A stretch of DNA of 50,778 bases from an uncultured Gemmatimonadota bacterium (GTDB taxonomy: Bacteria > Gemmatimonadota > Gemmatimonadetes > Palauibacterales > Palauibacteraceae), in the NCBI GenBank assembly GCA_964613475.1, contig CAZTGV010000006.1:1-50778 (forward strand), read 5' to 3'. This document shows, one piece after another, positions 8,990 to 17,844 of the stretch. Positions within the stretch are counted from its first letter, which is position 1, and every line of letters begins with the position of its first letter. The notes under the pieces were generated by a model that had not been told where the DNA came from, searched no databases, and worked only from the letters and a program-made list of their open reading frames with translations. Position numbers and translations under genes: made by a program.

Positions 8990-10150
8990 GTGGATCGGGA
9001 GCGATCATTGCCTCGGCAGGATCTGCAGGGGACCGATCAGCGGAGCGCCGCGCGAGCAAGCGCCAACGGGGCGCGGGGCCTCGATCGGCGGACGGCCGTC
9101 CTGGTGCTCGGGGGCCTGCTGCTGCTGGGATTCGCGGCGGTGGAGATGTGGCGGTGGCGCGCCGCCGGACCGGGCTCCCTCTCGCACGAGGGCCTGCCCG
9201 TGCGGCCGCTGGAGGGCAGGGCGCTCGACCTCGGAGATCGCCTCGCCTATCCGGTGGCCATCGTCGTGGTCGGCGAGCGCGTCGTCATCCTGGACGCGCA
9301 CCTGGAGCCGGCTGTCCACCTGATCGAGCCCGACGGAAGGGTCCTCGGCCTCGGCGTGGCCGGCGACGGGCCCGGGGAGTACCGGGCGCCCCGCTCGGTG
9401 GTCGCGGCGCCCGAGGGGGCGGACGCGTTCTGGGTGTACGACATCGTGCTCCGCCGCCTCACGCGGATCGATCCGGCGGCGGCCGCGGCCGCCGGGGACG
9501 AGGTGCCCACGGTGACCCTGCGTTCCGACGCCGTGGTCACCGATCCGGTGTGGCAGGGCCCCGATCGGCTCCTGGCCCTCGGCTACTTCACCGAGGGGCG
9601 GTTCGCCGCGTTCGATGGGGGTGGGGCGATGCGGGAGGCAGTCGGCGCGCTGCCGGAGTCCGATCGTGAGGTCCCGCCGACCGTGCTCCAGCACGCGTGG
9701 CAGGGCCGCATGGAGCCGCGGCCGGGCGGCGGGCGGCTGGCGGTCGGATCGCGGCACGCGGGCCGGCTGGAGATCTTCGCCGCCGACGGGCGGCTCGTGC
9801 GCCGCGCGGAGGCGCCGTTCGAGTTCCTTCCCCGCTATCGGGTCGTGGGCACCGACGGCGAGCCCCGCCTCGGCACCGGCGAGGACCTGCGCTTCGGCTA
9901 CCTGGACGTGAGCGTGACGGGGCAGCGGATCTTCGCGCTCTTCTCGGGCCGCCTGCGGGGCGCCTTCGCGGAGCGGGCGCCGTTCGGGAATCACGTGCAC
10001 GTGTTCGACTGGGAGGGCCGTTTCCTGGAGGCGCTACGGCTGGATGCCGACGCGCTGGCGATCGCGGTCGAGCCGGAGGGGCGCACACTGTACGCCATCG
10101 GGCATCATCCGGTGCCGGCGGCCCGGCGCTACGCGCTGGAGCAGGAGTAG
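8990..10150 (+). CDS. Membrane-anchored TolB-like / BF3164-type 6-bladed beta-propeller
   Basis: N-terminal TM; GDGPGEY, FWVYD, RFGYLDVSVT..IFALFSGR and VHVFDWEGRFL motifs; start uncertain. Confidence 0.82.
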   Translation: MDRERSLPRQDLQGTDQRSAARASANGARGLDRRTAVLVLGGLLLLGFAAVEMWRWRAAGPGSLSHEGLPVRPLEGRALDLGDRLAYPVAIVVVGERVVILDAHLEPAVHLIEPDGRVLGLGVAGDGPGEYRAPRSVVAAPEGADAFWVYDIVLRRLTRIDPAAAAAAGDEVPTVTLRSDAVVTDPVWQGPDRLLALGYFTEGRFAAFDGGGAMREAVGALPESDREVPPTVLQHAWQGRMEPRPGGGRLAVGSRHAGRLEIFAADGRLVRRAEAPFEFLPRYRVVGTDGEPRLGTGEDLRFGYLDVSVTGQRIFALFSGRLRGAFAERAPFGNHVHVFDWEGRFLEALRLDADALAIAVEPEGRTLYAIGHHPVPAARRYALEQE

Positions 10151-10169
10151 CCCCGGCGCTACGCGCTGG
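10122..10169. repeat. 18-bp perfect direct repeat flanking the propeller stop codon
   Basis: CCCGGCGCTACGCGCTGG at 10122-10139 and 10152-10169. Confidence 0.85.
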
Positions 10170-10265
10170 TCGAGCGCCGGGGCCGAAGGCGGGGGTCGAG
10201 CGCCGAGGGGCCGCGTTGGGCCGCGCGCTGGACGGCGCCGCCTCGGGTCCGGTAGCTTTTTCGGC

Positions 10266-10907
10266 ATGCCGCCAGACACGCCGTCCCGACCCGCAGACGG
10301 GCGCCCGACGCGGACGCCGCCGGCGGGCGCGCCGGAACCGGACGCACTGATTCCCCTCCGCACCCTCGACGCGCTCCCGACGAGCTATCGGATCACGCCG
10401 ATCGCCGACCTCATCGCCTATCATCAGCTCGGGGCGCCGCTCGGCGACTACGAGCGGGCGCGTCTCCTGGTCGGGATGTGCATGGATCACCGCACGCAGC
10501 TCCGAATGCCGGAGAACTTCGCCTACGTGCTGCGCTCCGGCGGCGCCAACTTCCACCGGCACGAGTTCAAGATCTCGTTCGCGATCGCGGTGGGCGGGGT
10601 CGAGGCGATCGCGCTGATCGGCCACACGGACTGCGGCATGGTGGGCCTGGGCGATCGGCGCGAGGCGTTCGTCGAGGGGCTCGTGGCGCGGGCCGGCTGG
10701 AGCCGCGAGGAGGCGGAGCGGCACTTCGAACAGCACGCGCCGGCCTTCGAGATCCCGGACGCCGCCGGCTTCGTGCGGGCGGAGGCCGGGCGCCTGCGGG
10801 ACCGTTATCGCGGCGTCGCCGTCTGTCCGTTGCTCTATCGGCTGGGGGACCACCGGCTGTACCTGATCCGGGAGGGGCCGGACCCGGACGTCCCCGGCCG
10901 GGAGTGA
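10266..10907 (+). CDS. Beta-class carbonic anhydrase-like protein
   Basis: Zinc ligands CMDHR (CxDxR) and HTDC (HxxC); RSGGA motif. Confidence 0.85.
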   Translation: MPPDTPSRPADGRPTRTPPAGAPEPDALIPLRTLDALPTSYRITPIADLIAYHQLGAPLGDYERARLLVGMCMDHRTQLRMPENFAYVLRSGGANFHRHEFKISFAIAVGGVEAIALIGHTDCGMVGLGDRREAFVEGLVARAGWSREEAERHFEQHAPAFEIPDAAGFVRAEAGRLRDRYRGVAVCPLLYRLGDHRLYLIREGPDPDVPGRE

Positions 10908-10994
10908 TCGACGTGGAAACGCGGAGCCTTCCGGTCTCGTAGTCCGGGGCCCGGGAGTCGCCCGAGGTGGAACGTCCGACGCGAGAGGTGGTCG

Positions 10995-11318
10995 ATGCCC
11001 GATCCGTTCATCGCCATGAGCATGGCCTTCACCCTGATCCTCATCCTGCTGATCGGCGGGTTCATCCTCGCCTTCCCCCTCGTCCGGCGGCTCGGCGGCC
11101 TGATGGAGGAGTGGATCCGCGAGCGGCGAACGGTGCGGGCCGAACAGGCCCAGCTGACGCAGCTCGGTGCGGCGATCTCGTCCCTGCGCGAGGAGGTCTC
11201 CTCCCTGGAGCGCCGTCTGGAGCTGGTGTCCGAGCGGCAGGCGTTCACCGAGCGACTGCTGGAAGCCGGGTCGGAAGGCGGCGCCACGCCCGCTGGTACC
11301 GAGCCCGCGAAGCACTGA
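10995..11318 (+). CDS. Small membrane-anchored coiled-coil protein
   Basis: GAGGTGG RBS; N-terminal TM, then heptad region ending ERQAFTERLL. Confidence 0.75.
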   Translation: MPDPFIAMSMAFTLILILLIGGFILAFPLVRRLGGLMEEWIRERRTVRAEQAQLTQLGAAISSLREEVSSLERRLELVSERQAFTERLLEAGSEGGATPAGTEPAKH

Positions 11319-11430
11319 GCCGCCGTAACCCGGCCGCGGCCGTTTTCCGATCCCGCCTCCCGCGGTACGTTTTCAGCCCCTGAAAACGACGACTCGCCGC
11401 CGCCCGAAGGGGGGGCGACGGGCGAGCAGC

Positions 11431-12351
11431 GTGCTTGGAGGAGGTGAGGTGCGCACAGGATCGGAGTACGAGGTTGGGCGACGGGCGGGCCCGCGCGGCC
11501 GGGCAGCGCCGCGAGGCGCGGCGGCGCGGCGAGGCCGGGCGGCGCGGAGAGGCGGGGCGACGCGGGTCGCCGCATGCGCGGCCGCGGCACTCGTCGCGCT
11601 GGGCGGTGCGGGGTGCGCCGATGGCGGAGGCGAAGCAGGGCGGTCTGATAACGCAGAGGCGGGCGCCGAGGCGCTGCCACCGCTCGCCGCGACCGACTCG
11701 GCGCTCCTCGATCCGACCGCGCCGGCCCTGAACCGGACGGCGCCCGATTCCTTCACCGTCCGGTTCGCCACCAGCCAGGGTCATTTCCTGGTCCGGGTGC
11801 ACCGAAACTGGGCGCCGCGGGGCGCCGATCGGTTCTACAACCTGGTCCGCGCCGGCTTCTACGACGGCGTCCGGTTCTTCCGCGTGCTCGACGGCTTCGT
11901 GGCGCAGTTCGGCATCCACGGGGACCCGCGGGTCTCGGCCGCCTGGAGCGACGCCCGGATCGAGGATGACCCGGTCTTCCGGAGCAACGACCGCGGCACC
12001 CTCTCGTACGCGATGGCGGGGCCCGGGACCCGCACCACGCAGCTCTTCATCAACCTGGCGCACAACGGGCGGCTGGACGACATGGGCTTCGCGCCGTTCG
12101 GCGAGGTCGTGGAGGGCATGGAGGTCGTGGACCGACTCCATTCCGGCTACGGGGAGGGGGCGCCGCGGGGCGCGGGTCCGGACCAAGGACGCATCCAGAC
12201 GCTCGGCAACCGGTATCTGGATCGCGAGTTCCCGGAGCTCGACCGCGTGGACCGCGCGGAGGTCGTCCGGGAAGAGGGGGACCCGGTGGAAGCGGACGGG
12301 GAGCTGGAGGAAGCGGGCGCCGCCGGCGCACCGGAAGGCCAGGACCGATAG
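11431..12351 (+). CDS. Cyclophilin-type peptidyl-prolyl isomerase, probable lipoprotein (start may be GTG 11449)
   Basis: WAPRGADRFYNLV, FFRVLDGFVAQFG, TRTTQLFINL, FGEVVEGMEVVD; lipobox-like GGAGC. Confidence 0.9.
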   Translation: MLGGGEVRTGSEYEVGRRAGPRGRAAPRGAAARRGRAARRGGATRVAACAAAALVALGGAGCADGGGEAGRSDNAEAGAEALPPLAATDSALLDPTAPALNRTAPDSFTVRFATSQGHFLVRVHRNWAPRGADRFYNLVRAGFYDGVRFFRVLDGFVAQFGIHGDPRVSAAWSDARIEDDPVFRSNDRGTLSYAMAGPGTRTTQLFINLAHNGRLDDMGFAPFGEVVEGMEVVDRLHSGYGEGAPRGAGPDQGRIQTLGNRYLDREFPELDRVDRAEVVREEGDPVEADGELEEAGAAGAPEGQDR

Positions 12352-12723
12352 CCGGCGAGCTCGACGCCATGGCCGGGCGGGACGGCGGCGAAGAACGCGA
12401 CGCGACCGCTGTGGCGTGAGCGCGACAGTCATCGCCGCCTCGGGAGGCGTGCCGCCGCCGCCGCGTCCGGCGGCGAGGGGCCCCGTGATTCAGTCCGTAA
12501 GCCTATACCGCTGACGTACGTACAGCTCACGCGATTCTCTGCCGCCTCGGATGGGCGCCGGCCCCCGCCCGTGCGCGGGAGCACCTCCGGCGACGCGCCT
12601 GTATCTTGCAGCGGGGATGGGTTCTCGGGGATGCATGGACGACCCGAAGTTCGGCTGGCGTGCCGACCGGCTCCGGGAGGCCGGCCGAGCGCGCAAGGTC
12701 ACGGGAGCGAGGGAGGGGAACCG

Positions 12724-13206
12724 ATGCGGGAGCGGCCGTTCAAGCAGGCCCGCATACTGGTTGTAGACGACGAGCCACAGAACGTCCGATACCTTCAGGA
12801 CGTCCTCGGCTGGGCGGGCTACGAGCATGTGGAAGGGGTCACGGAATCCCGTCACGCCCTGGCGCGATTCCTCCAGTTCGAGCCGGATCTGGTCATTCTG
12901 GATCTCCTCATGCCGGAAAAAGATGGTTTCGACGTCATGAAGGAGATTCAGGAGGCGGCCCCGGAGGACGACTATCTCCCGGTCCTCGTCCTCACCTCCG
13001 ACACGAGCCGCGAGGCCCGGCGGCGCGCGCTAGGGGAGGGCGCCCGGGACTTCCTGACGAAGCCGATGAGCCCCACAGAGGTTCGGATCCGCGTGGGCAA
13101 CCTGCTGGAGACGCGGTTCCTCGCGCTCCGTTGCCGCCGACTGGAGCGGGCCCTGGCGGAGCGGGGCGAGCCCGAGGCCGACTCGAGGGTCGGAACGGTT
13201 TCGTGA
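12724..13206 (+). CDS. Response regulator (REC domain with short helical tail, no output domain)
   Basis: ILVVDDE, DLVILDLLMP, VLTS, DFLTKP; GGAGGGG RBS. Confidence 0.9.
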   Translation: MRERPFKQARILVVDDEPQNVRYLQDVLGWAGYEHVEGVTESRHALARFLQFEPDLVILDLLMPEKDGFDVMKEIQEAAPEDDYLPVLVLTSDTSREARRRALGEGARDFLTKPMSPTEVRIRVGNLLETRFLALRCRRLERALAERGEPEADSRVGTVS

Positions 13207-14141
13207 CCCGCGGGGTCGCCGCGGCGCTCCTGCTGGCGGCCCTGGGGCTGCCGGCCGGCTGTGCGACGTCCGGCGGCGGCGCCCCCGAGGCGGGGGCGGA
13301 AGCGACCGCGCCCCTGGCGTTCGAGGAGGCCGAGACCGAGGTCGAGCGGGCGTTCCTCCGCGGCCTGGTCGCCCTCAAGCTGGGCGGTTATCCGGTCGCC
13401 CGTCGCGAGCTCACCGAAGTGGCGGACGCGTGCCCGACGTCGCCGATAGGGGGTCACGCGCTCCTCGCCCTGGCGGCTCTGGAGCTGGACCCGCGGAACG
13501 CCGAGCGAGATCCCCGGATCGCCCGGGAGGCGGCGAAACGGATCTTCCTGCTGCCCGAGAAGCCGGCCTGGATGGAGCCCGCCGCGGAGACGCTGTACCT
13601 TCTGGCGCTCGAGCTCGGGGGCGGCATGGACGCCCCGGTGAATCCGTCCCAGGATGTCGGGGACGAGCCGGCCGATGAGACCGAGAGTCGGGAAGATGGG
13701 GACACGGAGGGTGCGGAGGCCTTGGAGGCCGAGAGCCTCCAGGAAGGCGACCTGGATGGCGCCACGGTGAGCGATGCCGCGGCCGACCCCGAAGCGGTCG
13801 AGTCGCTGGAGCCCGCGGCCCGCCCGGCCCGTGACGGGTTGGCGGAGCGCAGGACGGCGCACGCGGCGCTCTGGCAGGCCGCCGGCGAGCGGGCGCAGGC
13901 TGGCGGCGGGAATGTAGGCAGCGCGGGCGGCCCGTCGTCCCCGGACGGGTGCGAAGCGGCCCGCGAGCGAACGGTCGGCACGCTCCGCGCGCCCATCCTG
14001 CCGGGGATGCCCCTGGTGCAGCGGCTCCAGGCGCTCGAGGCGGAGCGTGACAGCCTCCGGGCCGGCCTCGATCGCTCCGAGGGGCAGGTGGCGGAGCTTC
14101 GCCAGGAGCTCGAACGAATCCGCGAGGCGCTCAGACCATGA
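13203..14141 (+). CDS. Lipoprotein with helical N-domain and C-terminal coiled coil (QseG/YfhG-like architecture)
   Basis: GTGA overlap with the REC gene; lipobox LPAGC; C-terminal LQALEAERDSLRAGL..LRQELERIREAL; ATGA overlap with the kinase. Confidence 0.72.
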   Translation: MTRGVAAALLLAALGLPAGCATSGGGAPEAGAEATAPLAFEEAETEVERAFLRGLVALKLGGYPVARRELTEVADACPTSPIGGHALLALAALELDPRNAERDPRIAREAAKRIFLLPEKPAWMEPAAETLYLLALELGGGMDAPVNPSQDVGDEPADETESREDGDTEGAEALEAESLQEGDLDGATVSDAAADPEAVESLEPAARPARDGLAERRTAHAALWQAAGERAQAGGGNVGSAGGPSSPDGCEAARERTVGTLRAPILPGMPLVQRLQALEAERDSLRAGLDRSEGQVAELRQELERIREALRP

Positions 14142-15697
14142 GCCTGAGAAGCAGGCTGTACCTGGCGAGCGCGGTGATGATCGCCGCGTTGTTCGGGCCC
14201 GCGTACTACGCGCTCGGTCAGCTGGGGGAGCTTCGCGACATCGCCTTCGACCTCCGTAGCCGGCACGCCGCCGCGTTCGTGAGCGTGGGCCAGCTCCAGA
14301 CCTCGGTCTCCGAGCTGAACCGCCTCCAGCGTAGCTACGTCGCCGCCCCGGACGCGGAGGTCCGCCGGGAGCTCCGGGAGCAGTCCAGCCAGGTCACGGA
14401 GCAGTCGGAGAGGCTCCGCCGGAGCGACTACTCCTCCGATGCCCGTTCCGTCACCGCTCGCCTGGACTCCGTTGTCGTCGCCGCCGGGCAGATCGACCAG
14501 CTGGTGCGAGACGGACGGATCGATCAGGCGACCACGGCCCTCCAGGGGGTAAAACCCCTCTACGATCGGGCGAACGAAGGGCTCCGGGCCCTCGCGGAGA
14601 CGATCGACGCCCGGAGCACCGCGGACGCCGTCCGCGCGCAGCGGATCAGCGCGACCGCCGCCCGAACCAGCGCGATCGCCCTCTTCGTCGCCCTCGCCGT
14701 GGCCCTCGCCATCGGCGTGGTGAGCATCGGGGCCGTCACGTCGCCGCTCCGCCGCCTGCGCTCGGCGATGGCGGCGGTGGCCGGCGGCGAGTTCGACCCG
14801 CCCGACCGGCTACCGTACGCCCGCACCGACGAGGTGGGCGACCTCTCCCGTTCCTTCCGCGCCATGACGGAGCGGCTGGCCGAGCTCGATCGGCTCAAAG
14901 CGGAGTTCGTGAGCATCGCTAGCCACGAGCTGAAGACTCCGGTGAGCGTGATCCACGGCTACGCGGAGATGCTGGAGGAGGGGTTCTACGGAGGGGTCAG
15001 CGACAAGCAGGCCGAGGTGCTCGGTTACATCAAGGAGCAGACGGCGGTGCTGGTGGAGCGGGTGAACCAGCTCCTGTCGCTGAGCCGGATCGAGGCGCGC
15101 GGCATGGAGGTCGAGCTGCAGGACGTGCCCCTCCGCGAGCTCCTCGCCGAGCTGAGCCGCACCTTCCAGCCGCTGGCCGTGCAGAAGGAGATCGACTTCC
15201 AGGTGGAGGCGGAAGCCTCGGCGCCGGCCGTCTTCCGCGGCGACCGGGGCAGGCTCTCCGGTGAGCTGCTGGGCAACCTCATCTCGAACGCGTTCAAGTT
15301 CACGCCGGCCGGAGGGCGGGTGCGGGTGCGGGCGCGTGGCGCCGACGGGGCGTCCGGCGGCCGGGTCATGTTCGAGGTGTCGGACTCGGGGGAGGGGATC
15401 CCCCCTTCCCAGCTCCCCTACATCTTCGAGAAGTACTACCAGGCCGGTCACAGCGCGGGGAAGGTGGGGACGGGGCTCGGACTCGCGATCGCCCGCGAGG
15501 TCGTCGAGGCCCACCGTGGGAGGATCGAGGCGGAGAGCGAGCCGGGCCGGGGGACCACGTTCCGCGTGGAGCTGCCGACCCGGCCGGTTCCCGTCCGTGC
15601 GCCGAGGCCGCCGGAGGGAGGGCCGGGCACTGCCGACGGGCGTCGGCCCGACTCGGGCTCCTCCTCGCCGGCCGCCGCGAGCGCCGCACGGAGCTAG
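14138..15697 (+). CDS. HAMP-domain sensor histidine kinase
   Basis: Two TMs, HAMP (DEVGDLSRSF), H-box SHELKTP, N-box NLISNAFKFT, DSGEGI, GTGLGL. Confidence 0.95.
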   Translation: MSLRSRLYLASAVMIAALFGPAYYALGQLGELRDIAFDLRSRHAAAFVSVGQLQTSVSELNRLQRSYVAAPDAEVRRELREQSSQVTEQSERLRRSDYSSDARSVTARLDSVVVAAGQIDQLVRDGRIDQATTALQGVKPLYDRANEGLRALAETIDARSTADAVRAQRISATAARTSAIALFVALAVALAIGVVSIGAVTSPLRRLRSAMAAVAGGEFDPPDRLPYARTDEVGDLSRSFRAMTERLAELDRLKAEFVSIASHELKTPVSVIHGYAEMLEEGFYGGVSDKQAEVLGYIKEQTAVLVERVNQLLSLSRIEARGMEVELQDVPLRELLAELSRTFQPLAVQKEIDFQVEAEASAPAVFRGDRGRLSGELLGNLISNAFKFTPAGGRVRVRARGADGASGGRVMFEVSDSGEGIPPSQLPYIFEKYYQAGHSAGKVGTGLGLAIAREVVEAHRGRIEAESEPGRGTTFRVELPTRPVPVRAPRPPEGGPGTADGRRPDSGSSSPAAASAARS

Positions 15698-15707
15698 CGG
15701 CTCCCCT

Positions 15708-16322
15708 CTACGGGAACCGGACCTTCAGCCCTCCCTGGAGCGCCAGACGGCCGCCGCTCGGCCCATCTCCGAGCACCTCATCCAGCTCGCCGAAGCTCAG
15801 GAAGTCGTAGGAGGCGGAGCCCACGAGCCCGACCTCGTCCGAGACCCAGAGCTCCACGCCGCCGATGCCGCCCGCCTGGAGGCCGTTGGCGGCGGGCTCC
15901 TCCCCGTCGCCGCTGTCCAGGTTCAGCCGCGCCCAGCCCAGCCGCGCGCCGAGGAAGGGGTGCACGTGCGGGATGCGGGTCACGGCCGGCCGGAAGCGAT
16001 AGATCGGCTCGGCGAACACGGTGACGACGTCGCCGGACGGATCGGTCCCGAGCGCCTCGGGGTCGTGGAAGCCGATCCCCACGCCGAGCCCGACCTCCCA
16101 CCCGCTCGGGAAGGCGGCGCTCACGACCGCCTCCGCGCCGAAGCCGTTCTGGAGGTCGAGCGGGGCCTCACCGAAGTCATCCCCCGAGAGGGCGTGCAGT
16201 CCGCCCACGACCTTCAGCCCGATCCCCTCGGAGGTGGGAAAGGCCTGGGCCGCCGCCGTGCCGGGGAGCAGCCCCAGGGCGGCGATCATCCCGACGATCG
16301 GAACGCATCCACGTACGCGCAT
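15708..16322 (-). CDS. Outer-membrane beta-barrel protein (OmpA/OmpW-like)
   Basis: Signal peptide ending AAA-Q; alternating strands, HPFLGARLG, terminal GLKVRFP; AGGAG RBS. Confidence 0.8.
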   Translation of the reverse strand: MRVRGCVPIVGMIAALGLLPGTAAAQAFPTSEGIGLKVVGGLHALSGDDFGEAPLDLQNGFGAEAVVSAAFPSGWEVGLGVGIGFHDPEALGTDPSGDVVTVFAEPIYRFRPAVTRIPHVHPFLGARLGWARLNLDSGDGEEPAANGLQAGGIGGVELWVSDEVGLVGSASYDFLSFGELDEVLGDGPSGGRLALQGGLKVRFP

Positions 16323-16459
16323 GGGTCGTCTCCTTTCTCGTCCACTGACGCCGCGCCGTTGCGGACGGCCGCGCCCGCCGCCCAACATGAGGCGTTCGCG
16401 GCCGCTCTCCCCGCCGGGAGCTCGCGGCCTGCCCACCGACTCTGGGTCACGGCTACGGC

Positions 16460-17746
16460 ATGACGCGTCGCGCGCGCCCACCGCGCCGGGAAGGACTCTC
16501 GCAATCCCCGTGCACGCTCGTACGAAGGACGGGTGAACGCCGCGCCCGGTCACCGGGCGTGCCGCGGTGGCTCGCTCTCGGGGCGGCGGCGGCGCTGGCC
16601 GCCGGGGCGGTGCCGGGGGCCGCCCCGGCCTCGCCGATGGCCGCGCCCGGGGCCGCCCGGGCCGCACAGGACGCGGAGGATGGTGCCGAGCGTCCTCGCG
16701 TCCGGGACGTCGGTCTGATCATCGGCCGTCTGCCGCCCGGCGAGTGGAACGCGATCACCGACGTGCCCGGCGTGCGGGTCGGCCACACGACGATCCGGGA
16801 GGGGGACTCGATCCGGACCGGCGTCACGGCGATCCTGCCGCACGGCGGCGACCTCTTCCTCGACAAGGTCCCCGCGGCGATCGCGGTGGGCAACGGCTTC
16901 GGCAAGCTGGTCGGCGTCACGCAGGTGAACGAGCTCGGCGAGATCGAGACCCCGATCCTCCTCACCGGGACGCTGAGCGTCTTCCGCGCCGCCGACGCGC
17001 TGGTGGACACCCTACTCTCCGCGCCGGCCCTGGCCGACGTGCGCTCGATCAACCCGGTGGTCGGCGAGACGAACGACGGGTGGCTGAGCGACATCCGCGC
17101 CCGCCCGGTCCGTCCGGAGCACGTGCGCCGCGCGCTCCGCGAGGCGCGCGGGGGACCGGTGGAGGAGGGAAGCGTGGGCGCCGGGACCGGTACGCGGACC
17201 CTCGGCTTCAAGGGCGGCATCGGCACGGCGTCGCGGCGGGTACGGGGCGGGTGGGGCGAGCACCGCCTCGGGGTGCTCGTGCAGACGAACTACTCCGGGA
17301 GCCTGCGGGTGGACGGGGTGCCGGTCGGCGCGATCCTGGCCGGCGAGCAGGCGGAGGCGCCCTCCGTGGCGGGTCCGCCCGGCTCCGTGATGATCGTGCT
17401 GGCCACCGATGCGCCGCTGGCCCACCGGGAGCTCGAGCGCGGGGCGTTTCGCGCCTTCGCGGGCATCGTCCGGACCGGCTTTCGGCAGTACCACGGGTCG
17501 GGCGACTACGCGATCGCCTTCTCCACCGCGCGCGGGGCGCCGCCCACGCGCGACCCGGAGCTCCTGTCGGCGCTCTTCCGCGCCGCTCAGGAGGCGACCG
17601 AGGAAGCGGCGCTGAACGCGCTCTTCCGGGCTACGTCGGTCACCGGATTTCGCGGGCGCCGTCAGGAGGCGCTCCCGGTGGCGCGGGTGGTGGAGATCCT
17701 CCGGCGGCACGGCCGGATCCCGGGTCGCGACACCGGAGTGCGCTGA
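16460..17746 (+). CDS. P1/DmpA family aminopeptidase, secreted (start probably GTG 16559)
   Basis: NAITDVPGVRVGH, NGFGK, PVVGETNDG, EGSVGAGTG, FKGGIGTASR; autocleavage G-SVMIVLATDAP. Confidence 0.92.
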   Translation: MTRRARPPRREGLSQSPCTLVRRTGERRARSPGVPRWLALGAAAALAAGAVPGAAPASPMAAPGAARAAQDAEDGAERPRVRDVGLIIGRLPPGEWNAITDVPGVRVGHTTIREGDSIRTGVTAILPHGGDLFLDKVPAAIAVGNGFGKLVGVTQVNELGEIETPILLTGTLSVFRAADALVDTLLSAPALADVRSINPVVGETNDGWLSDIRARPVRPEHVRRALREARGGPVEEGSVGAGTGTRTLGFKGGIGTASRRVRGGWGEHRLGVLVQTNYSGSLRVDGVPVGAILAGEQAEAPSVAGPPGSVMIVLATDAPLAHRELERGAFRAFAGIVRTGFRQYHGSGDYAIAFSTARGAPPTRDPELLSALFRAAQEATEEAALNALFRATSVTGFRGRRQEALPVARVVEILRRHGRIPGRDTGVR

Positions 17747-17844
17747 GGGGTTGTGGAAACTTCGGCGCCGGGGCGGCATCTTTGCCCGCCCCCGGACGCG
17801 CCGGGGCGGATCGGGAGGAGCCGGCCGAACCGGAGACGAGAGCC

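Noticed and set aside
11507-11560. Three degenerate 18-bp repeats in the cyclophilin N-terminus
   Set aside because: Low-complexity in-frame expansion in a signal n-region; no further significance evident
16501-16515. Sigma-54 promoter-like GTGCACGGGGATTGC on the minus strand upstream of the OM barrel
   Set aside because: Spacing is right, but one of the invariant -24 GG bases is T; not supportable without conservation data
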